A stretch of 63,863 nucleotides of DNA, filler included, from Octopus bimaculoides (Eukaryota): the NCBI RefSeq assembly GCF_001194135.2. It is 9 parts of 8 records of this genome, joined end to end, with 100 filler letters (N's around TTAATTAATTAA, not from the genome) between each part and the next. Parts side by side here need not be neighbours in the genome. Positions count along the whole stretch, not along the records: positions 17,097 to 31,015 come from NC_069008.1; positions 31,116 to 40,252 come from NC_068991.1; 7 more parts are not named here. The stretch is one strand, 5' to 3'. Below the pieces are notes generated by a model that did no database searches, had not been told where the DNA came from, and saw only the letters and a program-made list of their open reading frames with translations. The translations under genes and the position numbers were made by a program. Positions 26,632-38,682 of this stretch are shown piece by piece. Each line of letters opens with the position of its first letter. Positions within the stretch are counted from its first letter, which is position 1.

Positions 26632-26895
26632 TTCTACTATAGCCTCGGGCCGACCAAAGCCTTGTGAGTGGACTTGGTAGACGGAAACTGAAAGAAGCCC
26701 GTCGTATATATGTATATATATATGTGTGTGTATATGTTGTCTACCGCCAACATCGCTTGACAACCGATGCTGGTGTGTTTACGTCCCCGTAACATAGCGG
26801 TTCAGCTTAAGACACCGATAGAATAAGTACTAGGTTTACAAAGAACAAGTCCAGGGGTCGATTTGCTCGACTAAAGGTGGTGCTCCAGCATGGCG
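26632..26895 (+). mobile_element. 5'-truncated SINE family B
   Basis: Begins at CTTCTACTATAGCCTCGGGCCGACC and runs to GGTGCTCCAGCATGG. Confidence 0.8.
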
Positions 26896-27142
26896 GTAGC
26901 GTTTTCTGCATGCTGCTTTCTCAGTTTTTTTTTTCGTTCCTTCTCTTATTCCATTTTTGTTTTGTTCGTTACATGTGGTTTGTGCCTGAAGAATATGTTT
27001 GAGTATTTCTCAACAGATGAAACTATTAGTTGCACTTAAGCACATGTATTGTGTCCTTCCAGTAAATAATATCTCTCACCAGATGGAGTACTTCTTTTGT
27101 TCATTTTTCTATCACGGAACACTACATTATACACACACACAA

Positions 27143-27175
<33 letters not shown>

Positions 27176-27192
27176 CACACATACACACATAT

Positions 27193-28265
27193 GATTTAAT
27201 TTGATCTAGTTTCAGCTCATGAGCTTTAGCCATGCTGGGGCACCGCCATTTGGTGTTGCTACACAATTTCACTACTAATTCTTTTTAGAAATTGACGTTT
27301 GGTGCATGAGGGAGTTTGATGCTGTTGCCCTCATCTGCGCTTCCTACTTTGAAGTTGGCTCATCTGGGACACTTGACAGTAAGAGGCCTAGTTTCGCTTT
27401 GAAGATACATCCACCCCATGTAAGTTTCTCAGGTCCTTCGGGAGGATATTGAAGAGTTGTGGGCCTTTAAAGCCCAGGCTGTTGCAATATCTTGTCCTAT
27501 ATCTTGATGGCAAAGTTGGCACTCTATTCTAGCATTAATGTAACTCTCGGTGCTAAAGTTTGGGACAAGTCCCTCTAGGATCTTCCAGATGTATATTATG
27601 GCATATTTTTCCCGCCTACACTCTAGGGAATAGAGTCTCAATCTTTTGAGTCTTTCCCAGTCGCTTATATGCTGCATCGAGGCTATCTTCTTCGTGTAGC
27701 TTCGTTGGATGGCCCCAAGTTCTGCAATTAATTTGACACTGGTTGGTGACCATATCTTGGAGCAATAGTCAAAGCGGATTAGGACAAAAGTCCTCCAGAG
27801 GGCCCTCATGGTTTCCTGATCTCTCGTTTTAAAAGTTCTAAGAATCCGTCCGGTCAGCCACCTGCATTTCATTGCCAACTTAGCAACGTGCACATGAAAG
27901 GAGGCATCATTACTCATGCAAATGCCCAAGTCTCGCACTGACTGTGTCTCTGGGATTGCAATCACTCCAGATTCATGTATTTAATTGATATTGCATTTAG
28001 TTTTGCATGCTGATAGCACAAGGCTTGAAACTTTGAACCATTAAACTGAATGCTATTCTTCTCAGCCCATTTGTATATTTCGTCCAATTATATTCCAAGT
28101 GCATAGCGTCATCAGGGTTCTGTATCAACTGTGAGACTTTTGTATCATCTACATAATTTGTGATCATGGCATTCTGTGTGGCTGAGGACATATCTTAGAG
28201 GGCCATTATGAACAGTAGTGGTCCCAAAACAGTACCCTGCGGAACAACGCTCACTATTTACGTGG
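27193..28265 (-). pseudogene. 5'-truncated CR1/L2-group LINE (RT C-terminal half plus 3' tail)
   Basis: VPQGTVLGPLLF, NYVDDTK, VRDLGI, FDYCSKIWSP, IQRSYTKKI, ERLKRLRLYSLE.RR; frameshifts and stops. Confidence 0.88.
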
Positions 28266-28894
28266 CATTGGAAGTGGCCCCATGTGTGTGTGTGTGTACA
28301 TATGGTGTAAAATCAAGAAACGGATATGCAATACGGAAAGAACATAGTACGATGGACTTTGTATNNNNNNNNNNNNNNNNNNNNNNNNNNNNNNNNNNNN
28401 NNNNNNNNNNNNNNNNNNNNNNNNNNNNNNNNNNNNNNNNNNNNNNNNNNNNNNNNNNNNNNNNNNNNNNNNNNNNNNNNNNNNNNNNNNNNNNNNNNNN
28501 NNNNNNNNNNNNNNNNNNNNNNNNNNNNNNNNNNNNNNNNNNNNNNNNNNNNNNNNNNNNNNNNNNNNNNNNNNNNNNNNNNNNNNNNNNNNNNNNNNNN
28601 NNNNNNNNNNNNNNNNNNNNNNNNNNNNNNNNNNNNNNNNNNNNNNNNNNNNNNNNNNNNNNNNNNNNNNNNNNNNNNNNNNNNNNNNNNNNNNNNNNNN
28701 NNNNNNNNNNNNNNNNNTGTGGACCGTATTTGATTGCTTATAAGGCGCATTTTTGCTCCTCAAAATGTTCTCAAAATATTATCCCGGACCCTATATCCGA
28801 AGCTGAGATAACCATACGCTAATTATTCTATCTCCGTCTCTCCAATACACACACACACATATATATTTATATATATATATATATGCATGTATAT

Positions 28895-28929
<35 letters not shown>

Positions 28930-28982
28930 TATTCGCCATGATAGATCGATAGCCACTACACATTCTTTTTTCTCTCCTTGTT

Positions 28983-29020
28983 TCTTTCTGTGGAAGAGCG
29001 TAGGCTCGAAACGTTAAAGA
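28983..29020 (+). ncRNA. Hammerhead-like motif with one core substitution (extra-A variant)
   Basis: UCUUU CUGUGGA A GAGC-GUAG-GCUC GAAA CG UU/ AAAGA: stems I (5 bp) and II (4 bp) pair fully, stem III is the palindrome ACGU, and A6 is changed to U. Confidence 0.4.
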
Positions 29021-29400
29021 CTTTTTCACTTCCCGAGCGTTATACTAATACATCTGTTTGTTGTCTACACCACATGTCTTCGTCTTTTGTTTGTTTTTTT
29101 TTGCGAATTCTCCCTGTATATACATATATACATACATGAATGTGTGTGTGTACATATGGTGTAAAATCAAGAAGCGGATATGCAATACGGAAAGAACATA
29201 GTATGATGGACTTTCTATCTACCTACCTATCTATCTATCTATCTATCTGTCGTATCTAGCTAGACCCATACACACACATGGACACAAACACACACACGTG
29301 TGTGTGTGTGTGTGTGTAGGTGTGTATGAGCGTTCGCGTACAAACATGTCTACATCAGTATCAACTTGTATGCATGTATATACATATATATATATGTGTG

Positions 29401-29445
<45 letters not shown>

Positions 29446-29713
29446 TTTTATCTGTTTCGTGTGTGTATTTATATATGTCTGTGTGTTCTAGGGAAAACTG
29501 AAGCCATTGCGCCCAATGTATCGGAAGAAGCGGCTCAATTAAAATACTCTACTCAATAAGTGTTAATATTGGACGGGTTGTTTCGCCAATAGATTTAAAT
29601 GTTTAAGTGAAGACTTATTTGAAAAGCTTCATTGTCCCCGTAATGTTCATCTCTTGTTTACATTATCGAGCACATCCCAGATGAAAAACTGTATGTACAT
29701 GTGCGGCGTGTGG

Positions 29714-29745
<32 letters not shown>

Positions 29746-30006
29746 NNNNNNNNNNNNNNNNNNNNNNNNNNNNNNNNNNNNNNNNNNNNNNNNNNNNNNN
29801 NNNNNNNNNNNNNNNNNNNNNNNNNNNNNNNNNNNNNNNNNNNNNNNNNNNNNNNNNNNNNNNNNNNNNNNNNNNNNNNNNNNNNNNNNNNNNNNNNATA
29901 GTCACAGGTATCAGTATGCATATATACAGAGGTCTATATATAGATGTATATATATATATATGTATGTATATAAGTATATATATGTATGTATATGTATATA
30001 TATATA

Positions 30007-30059
<53 letters not shown>

Positions 30060-30158
30060 ACATATATATATGTGTGTATGTATATGTATACAGTATAAGA
30101 GGATAATTTTGTAACTTCGTTAAACCGAAATATATGCATGTACATACAAATCTGTATA

Positions 30159-30204
<46 letters not shown>

Positions 30205-30214
30205 NNNNNNNNNN

Positions 30215-30251
<37 letters not shown>

Positions 30252-30584
30252 CACGCATACACACGGACACAGACAGACACACGTACACACACACACGTAC
30301 ACATATATGTATAGCTCAATAAATATATATATATATATATACTCAAGCATATGTAGACTTATATCTAGAGATATATAGTTGTGTTAGTGTGTGTTTATCT
30401 ATCTGCCTACTTAGATACATTCATGACACACAAACATACACACATATGTGCGTAAAGGCACAAGAGTTATACACAATTAGATCCAGAACGCTCGCATACA
30501 CAGAGACATATATATAAACAGAGATACACATACACTGATATATGCCAGACCACACAAATGCCTATGATAAACCATACTCTCTCC

Positions 30585-30643
<59 letters not shown>

Positions 30644-30980
30644 CAATATTACCAAAAGCAACAACAGCGCCTAAAACGACAGCGGTATTTCGGATACCGC
30701 CAATACCGCCACCACCACCTCCACCACCACCAGCGGCAGCACCTCCGTCAACCGTAATAACAATACAACACATTCAATACCAATAAGTAAAAGACTAACA
30801 ACAACAACAGCGACAACAAGAAGCTCTATGATATTTTGATGCAGAAATCTCGCAAATCAATAACAAAATATGATCATATAAGCGTGCTCAAATCACATTT
30901 ATAGCAGATCTATATAAATATTTGTATTATGTACACATACATAATACATATATATGTAAATATACATACATACATACACA

Positions 30981-31015
<35 letters not shown>

Positions 31016-31115
31016 NNNNNNNNNNNNNNNNNNNNNNNNNNNNNNNNNNNNNNNNNNNNTTAATTAATTAANNNNNNNNNNNNNNNNNNNNNNNNNNNNN
31101 NNNNNNNNNNNNNNN
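31016..31115. other. Artificial scaffold linker
   Basis: 44 N + TTAATTAATTAA + 44 N. Confidence 0.95.
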
Positions 31116-31395
31116 TCATCAATACGATATTCCAGTAGTAAATTCGACTATGTTAGCAAACTGTGCATGCATGAACGAGTAACATTCTACATCGACACAA
31201 ATCTGAAAGCATAAGCGAATCTACCTCGGCCAGCCAGTCTACTATCCTTCCTTCAAGAAATTACCATGTGCGTGACAAGCAATACCGCAGAGAATCTGCG
31301 TTTACTAACAGGGAGTGAATAATTATTACAAATTAAAAGGGTAAAGGATTATCAATTTATTAATTTATTAATAAATCAACAATTAATAATTTTTA

Positions 31396-31433
<38 letters not shown>

Positions 31434-31859
31434 CATACATACATACATACACATATGGCTTTAAAAAGTGTCAGTGGTGCTTCATTGAAGAAAAGTTTCT
31501 TTTTTTTTTTTGAGCTGAGCAGATATACAGGCTTAGTGACTGGCTCATTATTATTATTGTTGATGGAGATAGTGATGACAAGAGATTGTATTATCAATGT
31601 AAATATTACCATTTTGCTGAATAATTTCTACAGGTTAATTCCCATCAACTGTAGATTAAAATAGCAGGTATATATATCATATCTATTATAGAAGCTGAGT
31701 GTAAGAACTGTAATTTTGTAATTAGATCTGAGTCTATAACGAAACAGCTGTCTTTCTAACAAAATTTAATCACACCAAAGAATATTATTATCAATGCTTA
31801 AAATTTAGATTATCAGATAAATCTGGAATATAGCATAAAAAGAAAGAATTGGCAAATAT

Positions 31860-32810
31860 ACTATAACAATACAGCTAAAATATTAAAAACAGAAAATGTC
31901 GTTGATGATGATTACCATGAGAAAACCTACAAAGAGGATAGCCACAGATTATGTCATCTTAGACAAGACAGTTTTACACTTACTTTAGTGAAACCAAATC
32001 AAAAGCCGAAGATATATATTAGGATAAATTTTAAACAAACAGAAACAGGTTATGTTAATGGAAAATGGGAGAACATATTCAGTTTTATACATCAGTAATA
32101 AAGCTGAATCTTTAGATTAATGCTGACATATCATTTTCCCCGGATATTTACAAATATATCAAAGAACAGGGTGTGTTGACGTCACATATCTTTGGATATA
32201 ATGAAACAGAAACTGTCGGAAGATGCAGCATAAAAGAACCTTTGAAACAAAGACTTCTAAAGAATGATTCAGATAAATACAGAACCGAGATTAGATTCTC
32301 CCCCAGCCCCGCCCCTTGTAGCAAGCTGCAAAGAATATTTACCAGGTTAATACTTCTTCAGCAGCACTTAGTAATGGAGCCAATGAGAGTACTTTGATAA
32401 GGTAGCTTGATCTGCTAGAAATAGCAGCCATACCCAGCTTAAATAACACCCTACTACTTAAAAAAAGAAAAGGTACATTGGATATAAAACTGATGAAAGT
32501 GGGGTCCAAAATTACAAAAAAGAAAAAAATGTAATGACAATCTCAACAAGACAATAATGGTACATTTTTAGATTTTACAGAAATCTAAAGTTAAGGATGT
32601 CGTTATTGTAGATTTAAATAACTATACTGTGGATATTGTTGAATCACAAGAGCATGAGCACCAGCATCAAGAAGCACTACTGTTTGACCGTCTCAAATCT
32701 GTATATATTTCTTATAAATCTATGGCATGAAAAATTGGTCCCACTAGAAGTAGGTTAAATTATCTTAATGTTTATAATTGCAGGAACCACATACTAGGGT
32801 TCCTGAAAGG
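31860..32810 (+). pseudogene. Degenerate coding-like remnant of unknown (probably mobile-element) origin, interrupted by a SINE-tail insertion at about 32300-32490
   Basis: Protein-like stretches in shifted frames: ATDYVILDKTVLHLL**NQIKSRRYILG*ILNKQKQVMLMENGRTYSVLY, INADISFSPDIYKYIKEQGVLTSHIFGYNETETVGRCSIKEPLKQRLLKND, and KSKVKDVVIVDLNNYTVDIVESQEHEHQHQEALLFDRLKSVY. Confidence 0.35.
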
Positions 32811-35800
32811 AAACTAATTAAAAACAATATGATGGGAATTTATCGAGAAGATCTACAGAATAAAGAATTACCATCATTATTGTTTCAACATGTTTTCTGG
32901 GTTTTTTTGGTGGGGGGGTTTTAATCTATGTTGGAATAGGCTGGATAAGTCAACAATACATCAAGAATGTGTACTCAGAATCACCATAACTATAACCATT
33001 CCACTCTATTAGTGGTTAATGGTGACAGGACATCCAACTATAGATTATATGCCAACTCAAATTATTCTATTTAGTAGGACAAACCTAAAGACAAGATATG
33101 CTGTTAGAAAATAAACTGATAGCATTTGAGCAATGAGTTACAAGAGAATTTTACTGCAAGTCAACCTGATTAATTTGACTTATAATCAAAGACATTCTAA
33201 CCATGACCTTCTATTTTATATCCACTAGACAGTTTATTGCAGATTACATTCACCAATACCTCTGGCCATTTTGCTTATAGATAGTTGGGTGCAACTGAGA
33301 AACTTAGTTGCAATTCCTAGGTGGTTGAAGACTCCCTCATGTATAGCTTTACCAACTCAGTATTACTACACAATTTCATATATATACACACACACACGTA
33401 TAGAATAGTATTTATTACCACAATGTTCTAACATTTGACATACATAATCTATGCATTAATACAATAGTACATTCTTACCTACCTACCTACCTACCTTTAA
33501 TATCATGCTAAGGGATTTAAGTCAAAGAAAAGAGAGAAACCCAGAGAAAACAAAGAAGTGAAAATAGGAAATGATAATACTAAATAATGGTAGTGGTGGT
33601 GGTAATGAAGGCACTTTTTCTTGTTTGTGATGGTGGTAGCAATGGCATTGTTCAATGACAACTACTTGTAAAAAAAAGTGCATGTTTAAAATCATATGGT
33701 ATTTTAAATTTCAGCTCACACAATAAACATATCATTCACCATCAACTCCTTTGTCATCGTTGTCATGCAGTGTATGCTTTTTGCAGTACATTGATGACAC
33801 CATGAAGAAAGTCTTCTCAGTTAAATACAACTTTTCCTATCAGATGAAGCCATACTATTACTTCGTTCTGACTTTCTTACAGTGTTTTTTTGGCAGAGAT
33901 ATTGGGGTGGTTTTCCATTGCCTTCCCCATCTGGACGGTTGTTGGCTCACAAGGAGAACATCCATCCTTCAACAAGTCTTGTTTTTTTAATCCTGCTGAA
34001 TGTCCAGATACCCTCCTCAAGAGAGTAGCAAGCCACTCAAGTGTGTGAGCCAGTTTAGTCACTGACCACTCAACCATAGAACTAATACTAGTTTACATGG
34101 TACCAGTAGCAGGTCTCATCAGCCTGTGATAAGATCCCTAACTGGACTTAATCAACTCCTTGCTACTTACAAAACCCACTTTCACCACTATCTCCATTAA
34201 ATAATACCCTACCAGTATTAATTACCACAACAAACTATTTTAGTTCTCAGTGTATATATATCATCATCATCATCATTTAACATCTTTTTTTCCATGCTGT
34301 GCATGTGTGTGTATGTATAAGTGTGTGTATGTATAAGTGTGTGTATGTATAAGTGTGTGTATGTATAAGTGTGTGTATGTGTGTGTTGTTCAAAAGAACC
34401 AGGCTGACAGACATAAACTAAAGGACTCAATACTTCAGTAAGTGAAATGTCTGTTGTGAAATTAGAATTGCTAAGAACTGAAACAAGAAATTAATTCTGT
34501 AAACTAGTCACCAAACTAAAATAAGCAATATTATCATCACCATCATTTCAAATCTGCCTTTCATGCTAGCATTGGCGGATGATTCAATAGGATTCAGGGT
34601 TCTGAAGAACATGTCTTTCTCTAGTGTCTCAGTTTAAAATACACATATATAAGGCAAGCTAGCAGAATCACTGGCACATTCAACAAAAAATGTTTTGAGG
34701 TATTTCTTCTGGTTCTTTTATGTTCTAAATTTGAAATTCCACAGAGGTCAACTTTGCCATTCATCCCTGAGCCAAAATTCAAAAACCACACACACACACA
34801 ATCCTCCATTTTCCAATGCTAATATGAGTTAAGTGTTCATATTACTAAGGTATTGTTTTACAGCCAGATACCGTTCATATCACTAACCCATACCTGATTT
34901 ACAAGTTATGGACTATATACACACATACACACATTATATATATAAAGAAAGAAAAAATATAAGAACAAATTAATAGATTAGATTTTTAATAAAAACTATG
35001 TTAAATCAGTTTAAACACTTATTTACAATCAGAATCACAATTATCACCAGTGGGGGAAACAACACTAACAGTTATCTATCTCAGATTTCCATAAACACCA
35101 AACAGAAATATGATCTTTCACTTTGTAGAAGTACTTTGTGGTAAGTAGCTAAAAACTTTACTTTGAAGCACAGAAATAGCTGTTAATAAAGCAAATATAT
35201 CTGATCTGAAAAAGAATTTCAAGCTAATTCAGCTTGGTTGCTTGGCAAGTGATAGATATTTCTTTCCTGTTCCCTCAGGAAAAGTTTTCCTCTGAAATTA
35301 ATTTCTGAATATGTATAATCTTTCATGAACATTTTTTATTTTATTATTTCATCATGACTTTTGTAAACAATAACATTGTTGATTACAAGTTTCCGACAGG
35401 ATAACTAACTACTGATTCACTCTGTTTCTGATTCAACTCAGGTGCAATAATAACACCAAAGTATTTTGGTTCCATCACATTGGTTTTCTTGCAGATGAGT
35501 ACATTTTTCACAAATACGCACCACACATATACAACAGGATTCTGCAGAGGCTCCATCAACCAAATTTCAGTCTTGTGGAATTAACATGAGGTAATAGCAG
35601 GAAACACTGCCCAGGGTACAACACAGTGAGATTGAATCTACAACTGCTTGTTTGTGGACCAGTCTCCTTAACCATACAGCTACATAATACATAATATACA
35701 TACATACTATACATACCAAACACACAAATATACATTAGGTAGTTTTATAGTGAAACAAAATGTCAAAGAAGTCCAAGACATTTTCAACTAAATATACTCA

Positions 35801-36853
35801 GCTAATTTAATAGGATTATATAATTAATAAAGACATCCATTAGGAAAAGTCATGAATCTGATATAATTTGCAGGCATGTATTCTAGAGTATTCTAATATT
35901 TCTTTGTAATTAATCTTTGATTACTTTGATGACTATCATCTAAACCACTCCTACAACAATGACCTTTCCTCTCAGTTTTAGTTCAATTTGTAAAGGAAGT
36001 ACTACTCACCAATACATCCTCCAAGAGTACAGATATATGTGAGCCAATGAGAGAACCTTAATGCAATTCCTCAATACGCTAGAAATAACAGTCAAACCTT
36101 TGAGTTACCCCACTCCGTTGTCTGAGAAATGGAATACATTGGACATTGTAGTGCTACATATACATAGCAAGGTCAAATCTGAAATGCTTTTGGTCATATG
36201 TATCCTGAATTAAAGCTGACTTGGGATGTAACGTGGGAGAATGAGAAATGATAATAGTCTCATTCAACTATATCAAAACAGTCACTACCAGTTAATTAAA
36301 ATGTAGAACATACAGTACCTTTAATGATCATGGGTTTATGTAAACTATTTTGCCATCCAAATTGTTTGGAGTTTACAAGTGTTCAATGACTGGATAGTCA
36401 CCACATCAACTTTCCACATTAAAATATAATTGGGAGGAGGACTATTAGCTTCATATTATGAGATAAAAAAAAAACCTTTTTCAATATTCAATAACCTTAA
36501 AGATCAACTCAGACATTTAAACATTTACTGAATTATCCCCTATAATAAGTAAAACATCTTCAACATTGCTTGTAGGTAAAGAACTGCTGAAGTTTTGTAT
36601 AAAAACTTTTCTACAAACTGTAGAAGCATGACTTCACCATGATTTCTTATGCTTAACACTGTTTCGTAAATAAAAGATTCATAATCAAAAAATATAATTT
36701 CAACCAAAAACAGCAGTTGATTCTATATTAAACCCCACTCCAAAATCATTTTACACTACAATACTGCTCAAACATACAAAGGGAACCACATACATACACA
36801 CAGATCAGCATTTGAATAATGATTTGATTATTAAGTAAAAATGCTTCACTCAC

Positions 36854-36960
36854 CAACACTGTCCTGCTGGCCCACCATGAGTTGTATAGTCCTTGTCTTT
36901 GACACCACAAGAGAAATAGTCTGATCCTTTGAGAGTTTGCTAACTGTATGCTGCCATTAC
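36854..36960 (-). CDS. Candidate internal exon (107 nt), product unknown
   Basis: Strong acceptor tttattttgtgtttag| and donor TTG|gtgagt. Stop-free frame: GNGSIQLANSQRIRLFLLWCQRQGLYNSWWASRTVL. Alternative frame: VMAAYS*QTLKGSDYFSCGVKDKDYTTHGGPAGQC. Confidence 0.45.
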
Positions 36961-38682
36961 CTAAACACAAAATAAATAAAACACAAATGTAAATAAAAAT
37001 ATTTAAATGATATTAAAATGAAAGAATTCTAAGAACAATCAAAGACCTGAAATATTAGAGTTTGTTTACATTTCTGACAATGACAAAATATATTTCAAAA
37101 TCCAGGAATACAACATCCAAATTCTAAAACTAAAGGAAACTAACCAAGCATGGTAAAGTATGATTGCTTCTGTCAGTTAGTTTCATTGGTTAAGATTGTC
37201 AGAAGTGAGTGCCATCACTGAACTAAACAGCACTATTTGCATACAGGTGGCAGATTTAGCAGATCACATCCTTTTGTGCAAGACATTTGAAGTAGAATCT
37301 AGAATCTATAAAAACTGGTGATGGTCTATGTCTGTAATAAATAATTTATAGGAGAGAGTTCTAGGAAAATGAAATAAGTTTAAATGATGCAAGGAGTAAA
37401 GCCTTTGGTTTTTGGGGGGTGGGGAGGGTTGTCTGAGAATGAGAAAGACAGAGAGAGAAATTGGCGATGTGATTTTTACTGAAAGCTTCTATCTCTCTTC
37501 GCCACTCTCATATGGCAGGCCACAATCTGAAATCTAACATTCTTCACTACTCATAGCAACTGAAATTATCCAAATCTTTTATGAACCTTCAGTTTAGTTC
37601 ATTTAGGAACTCTTTAGTTCATTTAGGAACTCTTAAAAAGTCTCTTCAAATGACTCAAAATTTCTAAAAACTTGAAAAGACATCAACTCTTCTATCTGTG
37701 CATTACCAGAGAGCCAAATGGGCAGCTAACACACACTCCTCCAGTACTACAACAACATATAAGGAAACTATAAATAATCATTTACTTTTTGATCATGAAA
37801 ATGCAGCCACACGGGGGCGCTTTCTTCAAACCCTTTACTCAATCATATTGTTCTTATCACTTGGTCTGTTATTCATATTATCAACATGTATTTATCAGAT
37901 GATTGAGTATACCTTGAGTTATGCTCCCTTTTAGAGAGTCAATTCCTTTTAGGAAATAAAATCAAGGAATTTACACCAAAATACACAGACACAAAGACAT
38001 GATGGACATTCATACAATTTCTCTCCACTAAGCACCACTCACAGGCACTAGTCCACTTGACAATAAAATGGAAGACACATGCTAAAGTAGCACACAGTGG
38101 AATCATAGTTAGAATCATGTACTGAAAAATCAAACTTTGTAACCTCACAGCAATGCCTGATGTAAGAACTGAAACCGAATCTCAATGGATGAGGGTTACT
38201 CAGCAGACATTCTACTTATCTTCACAAAGTTTACAAATACAGTCTTCAATAAAATCCCAAGTCCATGGTCATGACCACCACCACCATCATAATCATCAGC
38301 CATATTATTATCAACATTTTGCATCCACTTTCCATGCTAGTGTGGCTTGGACAAGTCATCATGATCCAAGTCAGTTCTTAATCAAATTTACCGCTTTCCT
38401 AAACCAGTTAAGAACTACATCACACTCATATATTTCATTTTTAGCTGAGTTTCTAAGGTTTGATGTCTTTCTGAACTTCAACCACTTTACAGAGAGCATT
38501 AGGTGTATATTCTCTCTCTCTCTCTTTCTCTCCTGGGCCACTCGTTTATTGACATCTAGCACTCACTTTTACCATTGTCCACCACAGCACCTCTTTTTCT
38601 CACTATTGGATTCTTGATCCCACCACCATCCATCCATCCTGATTCTTCTGTCTTTCTGTCATTACTGTCTCACCTTCTTAGT

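Noticed and set aside
30477-30773. Poly-G/S/H/Y ORFs (also 22865-23086, 50129-50429, 55185-55760 and 62111-62506)
   Set aside because: Translations of (ACC)n, (TAC)n and (AAT)n microsatellites with no unique domain.
36010-36125. TGA-as-Trp reading TTEWGNSKV*LLFLAY*GIALRFSHW... as a NUMT
   Set aside because: No resemblance to any mitochondrial protein I recognise; two TGA codons are easily chance.
37939-38617. ORFs of 69-154 aa on both strands as coding exons
   Set aside because: They overlap a decayed RTE 3' tail and low-complexity repeats; no splice-site framing.
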